Part shown: positions 37,600-47,195 of the stretch, piece after piece
How positions within the stretch are numbered: position 1 is the first letter of the stretch
Layout: each line of letters begins with the position of its first letter
NCBI GenBank assembly: GCA_963812135.1
Contig: CAWETU010000001.1
Coordinates: 896,001 to 960,000, forward strand
Direction: 5' to 3'
Length of the DNA: 64,000 bases
From: Vulcanimicrobiota bacterium
GTDB lineage: Bacteria > Vulcanimicrobiota > Vulcanimicrobiia > Eremiobacterales > Eremiobacteraceae
Translations under genes and position numbers: made by a program
The notes under the pieces: generated by a model
What the model was told of the DNA's origin: nothing
What the model saw: the letters and a program-made list of their open reading frames with translations, nothing else
Database searches by the model: none

Positions 37600-39033
37600 C
37601 TAGAGCGTGGACGACACCAGCGACACGAAGATCTGCGGGATCACACCAAGCGCGATCACCCCGGCGACGCCGACGCCGATCGGGATCCACGAGAGCAGCG
37701 AGTTGCCGATGGTGACGGGTTGTTCGCCTTCCAGCGGCGCGAACATCAGATACACGACCTTGAAGTACGCGTAGAACGACACGAGCGACCCGATCACGAG
37801 CGCGAGTCCGAGCGCGACGCCCCACGGACCGGCGCCAAAGCCTTGTTCGAGCAGCAACACCTTCCCGAAGAACCCCGCGGTGCCGGGGATCCCCGCCAAC
37901 GAGAACAAGAACAAGGACATCGCCACCGCGACCCACGGACGACGGTAGAACAGGCCGCGGTAGGCGTCCAGATCGGCGTGCGCTTCGTCGCCGTCACCGA
38001 GCAGCGCGATGACGGCGAACGCGCCGAGGTTCATGAACGCGTAGGCGACGAGATAGAACAGCAGACTCGATAGTCCGTACGCGCCGACGCCCGCGAGCGC
38101 CACGACCATGAAACCGGCTTGCGCGATGCTCGAGTACGCGAGCAGGCGCTTGAGATTGCGCTGGCGCAACGCGCCGAAGCTTCCGACCAGCATCGAGAGG
38201 ATGGCCATCAACCAGAGCGGCACGAGCGCGATGCTATCGTGGCCGAACGCGGTATAGATGAAGCGCGCGAGCACGGCGAAGGTCGCCGCCTTCACGGCGA
38301 CCGTCATGAACGCGGTGATCGCCAGCGGCGAGCCCTCGTAGACGTCCGGCGTCCACAGGTGGAACGGCGCGAGCGCGAGCTTGAATGCGATCCCGACCAA
38401 CAACAGCGCGAAGCCTGTGACGAACAGCGGCGAGAGAGCGGCGGCGGCGGGCGCCAGCGCAGCGATCGACACGCTGCCCGCAGAGCCATACAGCAGCGCG
38501 GATCCGTAGATGAGGAAGCCCGATGCGAGCGAGCCGAGCAGCACGTACTTGAGCGCCGCCTCCTCGGATGCGGGTCGCGGATAGCCGGTGCCGGCGAGCA
38601 CGTACAACGCGAGCGACAACTGCTCGAGCCCCAAGAAGATGCCGATGAGCGTCGTCGCGCCGGCCATGATCAGGCCGCCGATCGTGCAGAAGATCAGCAA
38701 CGCGGTGTACGAGCCCGGGTTGCCGCCATCATCCGCGTTGCGCAGCGACGAGAGCAACAGCGTCACCGCGAGCGTCAGGATGAGCACCGCGGAGAAGCTC
38801 CACGAGAAGCGGTCGGTGGCGAACGCGCCGTTGAGCGTCGTTTCGCTGCGCCCGTACAGCGGCGCCATGAAGAAGAACGCTGCCAAACAGCCGGCGATGC
38901 CGATGCCGTACAGCACCGTGCGCGCGACGATTCGGCTGACCAAGTCGACCATCAGCGCGAGCAGGCCGGCGACCGCCAGCACCAGGATCGGCGCCAGCAT
39001 CTGCATGTCGAAGCTCACGCCGGCGACGTTCAT
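37600..39033 (-). CDS. nuoN: NADH-quinone oxidoreductase subunit N
   Basis: 'EAALKY', 'FKLALAPFHLWTPDVYEG', 'KRLLAYSSIAQAG'; last gene of operon. Confidence 0.96.
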   Translation of the reverse strand: MNVAGVSFDMQMLAPILVLAVAGLLALMVDLVSRIVARTVLYGIGIAGCLAAFFFMAPLYGRSETTLNGAFATDRFSWSFSAVLILTLAVTLLLSSLRNADDGGNPGSYTALLIFCTIGGLIMAGATTLIGIFLGLEQLSLALYVLAGTGYPRPASEEAALKYVLLGSLASGFLIYGSALLYGSAGSVSIAALAPAAAALSPLFVTGFALLLVGIAFKLALAPFHLWTPDVYEGSPLAITAFMTVAVKAATFAVLARFIYTAFGHDSIALVPLWLMAILSMLVGSFGALRQRNLKRLLAYSSIAQAGFMVVALAGVGAYGLSSLLFYLVAYAFMNLGAFAVIALLGDGDEAHADLDAYRGLFYRRPWVAVAMSLFLFSLAGIPGTAGFFGKVLLLEQGFGAGPWGVALGLALVIGSLVSFYAYFKVVYLMFAPLEGEQPVTIGNSLLSWIPIGVGVAGVIALGVIPQIFVSLVSSTL

Positions 39034-40490
39034 CCGTGCGCACCCGTCGAGATGTGCGAGGTCGCGGTCTGACCCGGCGACGGGATGCGGTCATTGAGCC
39101 ACGCCGGCCAGATGCCGAAGAAGAAGATCGCGACCAGCAACGGCACCATCAGCCAGAATTCGCGCGGACGCAGGTCGGCGATCGGCCCGACGTCGGGCGG
39201 CACGCGCAACGGGCCGTGCATCGAGCTTTGGAACAGCCGCAGCGCGTAGGCCGCCGCCAGCACGACCGCGATCAGCGCGAGCGACGTGTAGAGCGGCTGC
39301 GTCTGCCAGGCGCCGAGCAGGATCAAGAACTCACCGGCAAAACCGGACAAGCCGGGCAGACCGAGCACGGCCATCGCCGCGATGAGCATGAACACCGCCA
39401 AACGCGGGGCGCTTGCAGCGAGACCGCCGAATGCGCCGAGATCGCTGGTGCCGGTGCGCATCTCGATGAAGCCGAGCAGCAAGAAGAGCGCTGCGGCGAT
39501 GATCCCGTGGCTGACGATCATGAGGATGCCCGCGGGGATCGACGTGAAGTTGAACGCGAACAGCGCAAGGAGCACAAGGCCCAGGTGCGACAGCGATGAG
39601 TATCCGACCAGCGTCTTCGCGTTGTTCTCGACCATCGCGACCAGCGCGCCGTACAAGATGCTGCACACCGCCAAGACCAGCATCGCCGGCGCGAAGTAGT
39701 GTGCCGCTTCCGGGAACAACGGCAGCGCGAAGACGATGAAGCCGTAGAGCCCGGCCTTGCTCTGCACGCCGGACACGATCGCCATCATCGAGGTCGGCGT
39801 TTGTGTGTAGGTCGGCGGCATCCACGCGTGCAGCGGGAACACCGGCGTCTTGATCAGGAACGCGAACGCGAACGCGGCGAACAGCCAGCGGCCCAATTCC
39901 GGCGTGAGATGATACGTGTTGCCCAGCACCTCGAAGGTGTGCGCGTTCAGCACGAGACCGATGACGCCCGCCAAGAGCACCAAACCGCCGGCAAAATTGT
40001 AGATGAGGTAGATCCACGCGGCGCGCCGCGCCTGCGGCGTGCCCGTGTAGCCGACGAGCACCAAGAACACCGGGATCAGCATCAAATCCCAGTAGATGTA
40101 GAAGAGCAGCAAGTCGCCGGCGGTGAACAAGCCGAGCAGCGTCCACTCGAAGAGCAACAGCAAGACGAGATAGCCGCGCAACCGCTGCGTGTCGGCATAT
40201 GCGAACGCCGCCCAGACGGCGGGCACGGCGACGAACGTCGTCAGCAGCACGAAGAACAAGCTGAGGCCATCGACTCGGACGTGATAGTAGGCCGCAACCG
40301 CGCCGTGGATCCAGTCCAGCGATTCGTTCACGACGCCCGCAGGCGCCAGCGGCAAGAGGATGAGCGAGAGCGCGAACGTGCCGAGCGCGCCGGCGAGCGC
40401 GATTCCCTTGAGCAACGCCGTGTTGCCGCGCGGGATGCACAGCAGCACCAGCGCGAAAAGCACGGGCAGGAAGACGAGCGCGCTGATCAC
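39030..40490 (-). CDS. nuoM: NADH-quinone oxidoreductase subunit M
   Basis: 'IKTPVFPLHAWMP', 'YSSLSHLG', 'GLPGLSGFAGEF'. Confidence 0.96.
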   Translation of the reverse strand: MISALVFLPVLFALVLLCIPRGNTALLKGIALAGALGTFALSLILLPLAPAGVVNESLDWIHGAVAAYYHVRVDGLSLFFVLLTTFVAVPAVWAAFAYADTQRLRGYLVLLLLFEWTLLGLFTAGDLLLFYIYWDLMLIPVFLVLVGYTGTPQARRAAWIYLIYNFAGGLVLLAGVIGLVLNAHTFEVLGNTYHLTPELGRWLFAAFAFAFLIKTPVFPLHAWMPPTYTQTPTSMMAIVSGVQSKAGLYGFIVFALPLFPEAAHYFAPAMLVLAVCSILYGALVAMVENNAKTLVGYSSLSHLGLVLLALFAFNFTSIPAGILMIVSHGIIAAALFLLLGFIEMRTGTSDLGAFGGLAASAPRLAVFMLIAAMAVLGLPGLSGFAGEFLILLGAWQTQPLYTSLALIAVVLAAAYALRLFQSSMHGPLRVPPDVGPIADLRPREFWLMVPLLVAIFFFGIWPAWLNDRIPSPGQTATSHISTGAHG

Positions 40491-42418
40491 TGCGCCGCTC
40501 CTGCGCCGGATCCGTAGACCAAGAAGAAGTAGATGAAGAGCAGCACGGCCGCGCCGATGACGAAGGTCAGACCGTAGCGGCGCAGATAGCCCGTCTCCCA
40601 GCGGGTCGAGATCCTGCCGAAGAACCCTCCTATGCGCACCGCCAGCGCGGGCAGCGCGTCGACCGCATCGATCTCAAACGAGCTGCCCAGCGCCACGGCC
40701 AGCGCATACGTCGGTTTCTCGAAGAGCCAGTGATAGAGCGGATCGATGTAATACGCGTTGCTGAGCAGCGCGTGCACGCCGGCAAGGCTCTTGCGCGCCG
40801 CGGCGGCGACCTCAGGCCGCCATTGATACGCCAGCCAGGCGATTGCGATGCCCGCGAACGAGATGAGCAAGACGCCGAGCGAGAGCCCACCGTTGAACTC
40901 GGCCAAGCTCTGCGGCATGCGCGCGTCGCCGAACGTGCTCGCCAGCATCGCCGAGAGCTCGTCGTGGTGCGGCAAGACCAGCCAGCCGCCGATCAGCGAC
41001 AGCACCGCGAGGATGCCGACCGGCACGGTCATCGTTCGCGGCATGTCGGCGTGCACCGCATGTTCGCCGCGATACGCGCCGCTGAAGAACGTCAGGAACA
41101 CGAGGCGGAACATGTAGAACGCGGTGAGACCCGCGGCGAGCACGGCAAACGCGAACAGATACGGATGGTTCGAGGTCAGCGCGGCCTCGAGCACGGCGTC
41201 TTTGGAGAAGAAGCCTGCGAACGGGAAGATGCCCGCGATCGCCACGGTGCCGACGAGAAACGTCCAGAACGCAAACGGCAACTTGGCCGCCAGCCCGCCC
41301 ATCTTGCGGATGTCCTGTTCGCCGCCCAGCGCGTGGATGATGATGCCGGCCGCCATGAACAGCAGCGCTTTAAAGAACGCGTGCGTCATGAAGTGGAAGG
41401 CGCCGGCGGCGTATGCCCCGACGCCGACGGCTAAGACCATGTAGCCGATCTGGCTCATCGTCGAGTACGCCAAGACGCGTTTGATGTCGTACTGCACGCA
41501 ACCGACCGTCGCTGCGAACAAAGCGGTCGCTCCGCCGACCACCGCCACGATCTCGGCGGCGACCGGCGCGTTGTCGTAGATCGGATGCGATCGGGCGACG
41601 AGATAGACGCCGGCGGTGACCATCGTCGCCGCGTGGATCAAAGCGCTGACGGGCGTCGGGCCTTCCATGGCGTCGGGCAGCCAGGTGTGCAGCGGCAGCT
41701 GGGCCGATTTGGCGACCGCGCCGACGAAGAGCCAGATGCCGATCCAAGTGAGCGCCGGCGTGCCGATCGCCGCGACGTGGCTGAAGACGTTTTGGTACGA
41801 GACGCTGCCGACGTGCGCGTACATGAGGAAGATCGCGATCATGATGCCGACGTCGCCGATGACGTTCATGATCAACGCCTTGCGCGCCGCCAGCACCGCG
41901 ATCGGCCGATCGTAATCAAAGCCGATGAGCAGGTACGACGCCAGTCCGACGCCGCCCCAGCCGACGAGCAGCCACAAGAAATTGTCGGCCATCACCACCA
42001 GCAGCATCACGAACACGAAGAAGTTCATGTACGAGAAGAACGTGCGATAGTTCTTGGACTCAGCCATGTAGCCGACGGAATAAAGATGGATCAAGAAGCC
42101 CACGCCCGTGATGATGAGCATCCATAACAGCGCGAGCGGATCGATCAGCAGCCGGAACGAGATGATGAGGTTCGGCGGCAGATGGGCCCAATAGCCGGCG
42201 AAATGGCTATGGCTGTACAGCGCCTGCTGCCCCGGCGACAGTCTGAAGATGACGAACGCCACGCCGACCGTGAGCAGGAACGATAAGCCGATTGACAGAT
42301 TGGCGATGTACGCCGACGCCGTGCGCTGCACGTATTGGCCGAAGATCGCGATCGTCAGCGCGCCGATCAGCGGGAAGAACAAGATGAGCGGCGCGGCCGA
42401 GAGGAAGAAGTTCTCCAT
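40487..42418 (-). CDS. nuoL: NADH-quinone oxidoreductase subunit L
   Basis: 'KSAQLPLHTWLPDAMEGPTPVSALIHAATMV', 'HAFFKALLF'. Confidence 0.97.
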   Translation of the reverse strand: MENFFLSAAPLILFFPLIGALTIAIFGQYVQRTASAYIANLSIGLSFLLTVGVAFVIFRLSPGQQALYSHSHFAGYWAHLPPNLIISFRLLIDPLALLWMLIITGVGFLIHLYSVGYMAESKNYRTFFSYMNFFVFVMLLVVMADNFLWLLVGWGGVGLASYLLIGFDYDRPIAVLAARKALIMNVIGDVGIMIAIFLMYAHVGSVSYQNVFSHVAAIGTPALTWIGIWLFVGAVAKSAQLPLHTWLPDAMEGPTPVSALIHAATMVTAGVYLVARSHPIYDNAPVAAEIVAVVGGATALFAATVGCVQYDIKRVLAYSTMSQIGYMVLAVGVGAYAAGAFHFMTHAFFKALLFMAAGIIIHALGGEQDIRKMGGLAAKLPFAFWTFLVGTVAIAGIFPFAGFFSKDAVLEAALTSNHPYLFAFAVLAAGLTAFYMFRLVFLTFFSGAYRGEHAVHADMPRTMTVPVGILAVLSLIGGWLVLPHHDELSAMLASTFGDARMPQSLAEFNGGLSLGVLLISFAGIAIAWLAYQWRPEVAAAARKSLAGVHALLSNAYYIDPLYHWLFEKPTYALAVALGSSFEIDAVDALPALAVRIGGFFGRISTRWETGYLRRYGLTFVIGAAVLLFIYFFLVYGSGAGAAQ

Positions 42419-42726
42419 CAGCCTCTCATGATCGAAATGTCGTCGACGTCGGCATTGTCACGGCGCCGGAACACCATGACGACGATCGCAAGGGAGATCG
42501 CGGCTTCCGCCGCGGCGACGGTGATCACCAAGAACGCGAATACCTGCCCGGTCATGTCGACGAAATCGCGCGCGAAGGCGATGAACGCGAGGTTGCCGGC
42601 GTTCCACATCAGCTCGATCGCCATCAGCATGGTGAGCGGGTTGCGCCGCAGCAAGAAGCCGACCGTACCGGTGATGAACAGCGCGGCTGACAGCTCGAGG
42701 TAGAGGTTGAGCGGTACTTGCGGCAT
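42418..42726 (-). CDS. nuoK: NADH-quinone oxidoreductase subunit K
   Basis: 'RRN...IELM', 'VAAAEAAI'. Confidence 0.96.
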   Translation of the reverse strand: MPQVPLNLYLELSAALFITGTVGFLLRRNPLTMLMAIELMWNAGNLAFIAFARDFVDMTGQVFAFLVITVAAAEAAISLAIVVMVFRRRDNADVDDISIMRG

Positions 42727-42728
42727 CG

Positions 42729-43235
42729 CTAGAACCGCAGCTCTTTGCGACCGGCCATCATGACGACGCCGACGATCGCGATGAGCAGGATGAAGGCGGT
42801 GACTTCGAAGGCGAACACGTGCGTCGTCAAGAGCTGCTGGCCGAACGTCGCAACCGTACCGAGGTCGGCGGTCGGCGCCGCGGCCGATTGCGCCCAGGCG
42901 ACGCGCAGGCCCGCGCCCATCACCGCGAGCGCGGCCAAGCCGGCGATGACCGATGGCGCGGTCTGGAACGCGAGGCGGCCCGCGCCGCGCTCGATCGGCT
43001 GCGCCCCGATCGTGAGCAGCGCGATCACGAAGAGGAACAACACGAGGATCGCGCCGGCGTAGATCAAGATCTGCATCATCGCCAAGAACTCGGCGGACAG
43101 CGTGAGGAACAAGACGCCGAGCGCCGTGAAGTTCACGATGAGTCCGACGACCGAATGCACCGGCTGGCGGCTTGCGACCACCCAGATACCCGACGCGATC
43201 AGCACGACCGCGCAGACCCAGAACAAGACGATCAC
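42729..43235 (-). CDS. nuoJ: NADH-quinone oxidoreductase subunit J
   Basis: 'AEFLAMMQILIYAGAILVLFLFVI'; GTG start overlaps the nuoI stop (GTGA). Confidence 0.94.
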   Translation of the reverse strand: MIVLFWVCAVVLIASGIWVVASRQPVHSVVGLIVNFTALGVLFLTLSAEFLAMMQILIYAGAILVLFLFVIALLTIGAQPIERGAGRLAFQTAPSVIAGLAALAVMGAGLRVAWAQSAAAPTADLGTVATFGQQLLTTHVFAFEVTAFILLIAIVGVVMMAGRKELRF

Positions 43236-43813
43236 GTCGCGTCCGCCCCCGAGGTCGCGGAGGTAGCGGTCGGATTTATCCGACCATCCGCGTCGGCCGT
43301 CGCGGTCGAATTTATTTGACCGACTCCCGGATCGGTCTCGACGCCTGACTCGGTGTTCGCCAGATGCTGCGTGTAGGGGTCGCGCACGAGGAGCTTGTCC
43401 TTGCCGAAGACGAGGCGTTCGCGGGTGAAGTCGGCGATGTCGAAGCGCGGCGTCAGCACGATCGCGTCCGTCGGGCACGCCTCTTCGCACCAGCCGCAGA
43501 AGATGCAGCGCAGCATGTCGATCTCGTAGCGGTAGCCGTAGCGCTCGCCCGGCGACACGGGTTTGGCGGGATCGTTCTCCGCGCCGATGACCGTGATGGC
43601 GTTGGCGGGGCACGCGACGGCGCACAGCTCGCAGCCGATGCAACGTTCCATGCCGTCGTCGTATTTGCGCAACTCGTGCACGCCGCGGAAACGCTCCGGA
43701 TGCGGATATGGCTCGCGCGGATAGTCGATCGTCGACTTCTTGCGGAACAGATATTTCAGCGTCGTGCCCAAACCGATGACGATGCCTGCCGCGGCCTTGA
43801 ACGGATTGATCAT
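43232..43813 (-). CDS. nuoI: NADH-quinone oxidoreductase subunit I, with repeat-derived C-terminal tail
   Basis: Two CxxCxxCxxxCP motifs; ATGA overlap with nuoH. Confidence 0.96.
   Translation of the reverse strand: MINPFKAAAGIVIGLGTTLKYLFRKKSTIDYPREPYPHPERFRGVHELRKYDDGMERCIGCELCAVACPANAITVIGAENDPAKPVSPGERYGYRYEIDMLRCIFCGWCEEACPTDAIVLTPRFDIADFTRERLVFGKDKLLVRDPYTQHLANTESGVETDPGVGQINSTATADADGRINPTATSATSGADAT
43263..43322 (+). repeat. Tandem REP-like copies 4 (43263-43285) and 5 (43299-43322) inside the nuoI 3' end
   Basis: gtagcggtcggatttatccgacc and gtcgcggtcgaatttatttgaccg, 36 nt apart. Confidence 0.85.
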
Positions 43814-44820
43814 GCGCCCGTCCCCCGCAGCGCGACCAGCGCCGCCGTCACCAGCAGATTGAGCGCCGCGATCGGCAGCAGCACCTTCCAGCCGAATGCC
43901 ATGAGCCGGTCGTAGCGCAGCCGCGGCAGCGTCGCGCGCAGCCAGATGAACGAGAAGAGCAATGCAGCGACCTTGACCAAGAACCAGAAGATCGACAGCC
44001 ACGGGACGACGGAGACGAACGGGCCGTCGCCGCCGCCGAGGAACAGCAGCGTCGCGATCGCCGAGACGGTGATCATGTTGACGTATTCGGCGACGAAAAA
44101 CGTGCCAAAGCGCAAGCTTGAATACTCGGTGTGGAATCCGGCGACCAGCTCGGTCTCTGCTTCGGGCAGGTCGAACGGCGCGCGATTCGTCTCGGCGGTC
44201 GCCGTGATGCCGTAGATGAGGAACCCGATCAGCTGCGGGATGATGAACCAGACGTGATGCGCGCTCTGGGCCGAGACGATGCCCTGCAGATCGGTGGTGC
44301 CGGCAAGGATCAGCACGCCGACGATTGATAGTCCCATCGCGAGCTCGTACGAGATCAACTGCGCGGTCGAACGGATCGCGCCGAGCAGCGACCACTTCGA
44401 TTGCGAAGCCCAACCGCCCAGCGCGATGCCGTAGACGCCGATCGCGCCCATCGCGAGCAGGAACAAGATGCCGACGTTCGGGTTGGCGATCGAGATGGGC
44501 GTGCCGTCCGGGAACGTGCCGAAGGGGATGACCGCGTATGCCATGAGCGCGGTGAGCACCGCGAGCGCCGGCGCGATCTTGTAGATGAACGGGTCGGCGG
44601 TGGCGGGTGTGAGATCTTCTTTAAGGACGAGCTTGACGGCGTCCGCCGCGGGCTGCATCAGACCCCACGGTCCGCACCAGATCGGTCCGACGCGCAGCTG
44701 GAACCACGCGAGCAGCTTGCGCTCGAACAGCATCAGATACGCGAATGACGTCACCACGATGAAGATGAGCAGGCCTGCCTTGATCGCGATGACGATCGCG
44801 AGCGCGAGAGCCGGATTCAC
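43810..44820 (-). CDS. nuoH: NADH-quinone oxidoreductase subunit H
   Basis: 'ERK...GP', 'AETNRAPFDLPEAETELVAGFHTEYS', 'PRLRYD'. Confidence 0.97.
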   Translation of the reverse strand: MNPALALAIVIAIKAGLLIFIVVTSFAYLMLFERKLLAWFQLRVGPIWCGPWGLMQPAADAVKLVLKEDLTPATADPFIYKIAPALAVLTALMAYAVIPFGTFPDGTPISIANPNVGILFLLAMGAIGVYGIALGGWASQSKWSLLGAIRSTAQLISYELAMGLSIVGVLILAGTTDLQGIVSAQSAHHVWFIIPQLIGFLIYGITATAETNRAPFDLPEAETELVAGFHTEYSSLRFGTFFVAEYVNMITVSAIATLLFLGGGDGPFVSVVPWLSIFWFLVKVAALLFSFIWLRATLPRLRYDRLMAFGWKVLLPIAALNLLVTAALVALRGTGA

Positions 44821-47195
44821 GCGGTCGCCTCCTCGCGCACGGCCGGCGTCACGATCACGCGACCGGAACCCGACGCGTCGAGCAACCGGTTGACGGGCGC
44901 TTGCGGCATGTCCGCGATGACGAGCACCGAGCCGACCGGGGCACTCGAATCCACGCGCGCGGCGACGGTGATCGAGCCGTTGCTGCCCGAAAGCGTGATC
45001 ATGCGCCCGTCGGCGATGCCGAGCAGCAGCGCGTCATCCTCGTGGAACACGGCGCACGGCGTAGGCCGCATCGGCGCGATACCGGGGTCGTGGGCGGCGG
45101 CACCACCGCCAGCGTAGAGCTTCGGGATCGAAATCACGGTGAACGTCTTGCGCTGAGCGTCGAGCGTGTCGCCGTGCTTGGCCGCCAATGGGGCCACCTT
45201 GGGGCGCGCGAGCGACGCGCTTGCGGGCGCGGCGCGGCGCGCGGCGTCGAGCCGCGCGAAAAGCCAATCCGGGTCGGCGGAGAGCATATCGGCTTTGCCC
45301 ATCGCCTGTGCGATCGACGCCAGGATGGCGGCGTCCGTCGCGACATGCACCGGCGCCTCGACGGCCTGCGCAAACGGTTGTTGCCGGCCTTCGAGGTTCG
45401 TCACGTGGCCGCGCTTTTCGGCGAACGAGGCGGCGGCGAACACGACATCCGCGTACGAAGCGGTCTCCGTCATGAGCTGATCGGCGACCGCGAGAAACGG
45501 AACCGTCTCGAGCGCTTTGCGTGCGAGCGCCCCATCCGGATACGTCAGCGCCGGATTTGCGCCGGCGATGAACAGCGCATCGAGCTTGCCGTCGGCCGCC
45601 GCTTGCAGCATTTCGCCGGTCGTGAGTCCAGGCGTCGCCACCCCGACGTATCCAGGACCAAGATTTGGCACGCAGCCTGCCGCTTCGGCGCCGCGCGAGT
45701 TGCCCTGGCTGCCGACGACGAGGATGCCGGCCGCGCGGCCCTTGGACACCAGCGTCTCGATGAGCCGCTCCAACGCAGCGGCCGCAGCGGTATTGCGTCC
45801 ATTATGGATCGCGACGACTTTGCTCGCGTTCGCCAACGCCGATGTGAGTTCGCCCGTGAATCCGCCGGCCGGCTGCGCGCCTTGCGCGAGCGCGTCGGCG
45901 AGGGACTCCATCAGGCCGCCGATGGCGTCGCTCGTGTGCTCGATGTACTGGAACGGCACGGTGATCTGCGGTTTGAAGGGCCCGACGAAGATGAGCTGTG
46001 CGCCGCGATGCGACACCGCGCGCCGCACGCGCAGGTCGAGGATCGGCGCCTGCTCGGCGGTCACCGCGCCGAAGACCACGATGAGCGATGCGTCGTCGAT
46101 GTCGGTCAGCGTCGCGCCGAAACGTGCCGGCGACGCGAATTTTTGCGAGCGCACGCGGTGATCGATGTTGTTCGTGCCCAGCACGTCGCGGGCCAAGCCT
46201 TGCAGTGCGAACGCTTCTTCATCCGAGAGACGGCCGCCGCCGATCACGCCGACGCGGCCGCTGCGCGCGGCGATCCCGAGTTTCTCGGCGGTCAAGGCCA
46301 CCGCTTCGGCGAATGACGCGGGTTCGAGATCGCCGTCGCGCCGCACGAGAGGCTTGCGCAAGCGCGCGGGTTCGTACATATAATTGAAGGTGTAACGCCC
46401 GCGGTCGCAGATCCATCCGCCGTCGACCTCGGGGTTCTCGCGGGTGAACGTGCGCATGATGTGTCCGAAGCGCGAGTCGATGCGATAGTTGCAGCCGACC
46501 GAGCACTGCGTGCACACTGAATCCGCGTGGCCGAGGTCCCATGGCCGGGCACGGAAGCGATACGCCTTGCTCGTGAGCGCGCCGACCGGACAGATCTCCG
46601 TCGTGTTGCCGGAGAAATACGACGCGTAGTCGCCGCCGTCGATCGTGCCGATCAGCGATTGGTGGCCGCGTTCGACCACGACGAGGTTACGCTCTTGCGC
46701 GATCTCGTCGTCGAAGCGCGTGCAGCGCCGGCATAAAATGCAGCGCTCTTCGTCCAGCACGATCGTCGGGCCGAGGTCGACGCGTTTTGGCTTATGCAGC
46801 TTGGGCTCGGTCAGCCGGCTGGCGCCCGGGCCGTACTCCATCGTGAAGTCTTGCAGATCGCACTCGCCGCCCTTGTCGCAGATCGGGCAATCCAAGGGAT
46901 GATTGAGCAGCAAAAACTCGAGCACGCCGCGACGCGCTTCGGCGACTTTCGGAGACATCGTGTGGACGACCATGCCTTCGGTCACGCGCGTCGCGCACGC
47001 GATCTGCAGCTTGGGCGTCTTCTCGATCTCGACCAGACAGATGCGGCACAGGCCGACCGGTGCCATCTTCGGGTGGTAGCAATACACGGGTACCTGGGTG
47101 CCGAGCGTTTTTGCCGCTTCGACGACCAGCGTGCCATCCGGCACGTTGACCTCTTGGCCGTCGATCAGCAGCTTCACCATCTTCGGTTCGCTCAT
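44817..47195 (-). CDS. nuoG: NADH-quinone oxidoreductase subunit G
   Basis: 'CYHP...CRICLVE', 'NHPLDCPICDKGGECDLQD', 'CILCRRC', N7-type 'CTQCSVGC...C'. Confidence 0.96.
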   Translation of the reverse strand: MSEPKMVKLLIDGQEVNVPDGTLVVEAAKTLGTQVPVYCYHPKMAPVGLCRICLVEIEKTPKLQIACATRVTEGMVVHTMSPKVAEARRGVLEFLLLNHPLDCPICDKGGECDLQDFTMEYGPGASRLTEPKLHKPKRVDLGPTIVLDEERCILCRRCTRFDDEIAQERNLVVVERGHQSLIGTIDGGDYASYFSGNTTEICPVGALTSKAYRFRARPWDLGHADSVCTQCSVGCNYRIDSRFGHIMRTFTRENPEVDGGWICDRGRYTFNYMYEPARLRKPLVRRDGDLEPASFAEAVALTAEKLGIAARSGRVGVIGGGRLSDEEAFALQGLARDVLGTNNIDHRVRSQKFASPARFGATLTDIDDASLIVVFGAVTAEQAPILDLRVRRAVSHRGAQLIFVGPFKPQITVPFQYIEHTSDAIGGLMESLADALAQGAQPAGGFTGELTSALANASKVVAIHNGRNTAAAAALERLIETLVSKGRAAGILVVGSQGNSRGAEAAGCVPNLGPGYVGVATPGLTTGEMLQAAADGKLDALFIAGANPALTYPDGALARKALETVPFLAVADQLMTETASYADVVFAAASFAEKRGHVTNLEGRQQPFAQAVEAPVHVATDAAILASIAQAMGKADMLSADPDWLFARLDAARRAAPASASLARPKVAPLAAKHGDTLDAQRKTFTVISIPKLYAGGGAAAHDPGIAPMRPTPCAVFHEDDALLLGIADGRMITLSGSNGSITVAARVDSSAPVGSVLVIADMPQAPVNRLLDASGSGRVIVTPAVREEATA

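Noticed and set aside
43263..43322. Two 24-nt palindromic repeats 36 nt apart as a mini-CRISPR array
   Set aside because: The spacer is only ~13 nt, there are just two degenerate copies, no cas genes, and the same motif is dispersed singly elsewhere.
43236..44413. Long N-terminal extensions of nuoJ and nuoI in the ORF track (also nuoG, nuoE, nuoB)
   Set aside because: They overlap upstream nuo genes; true starts are at ATGA/GTGA overlaps (43235, 43813, 47195, 48978, 51269).
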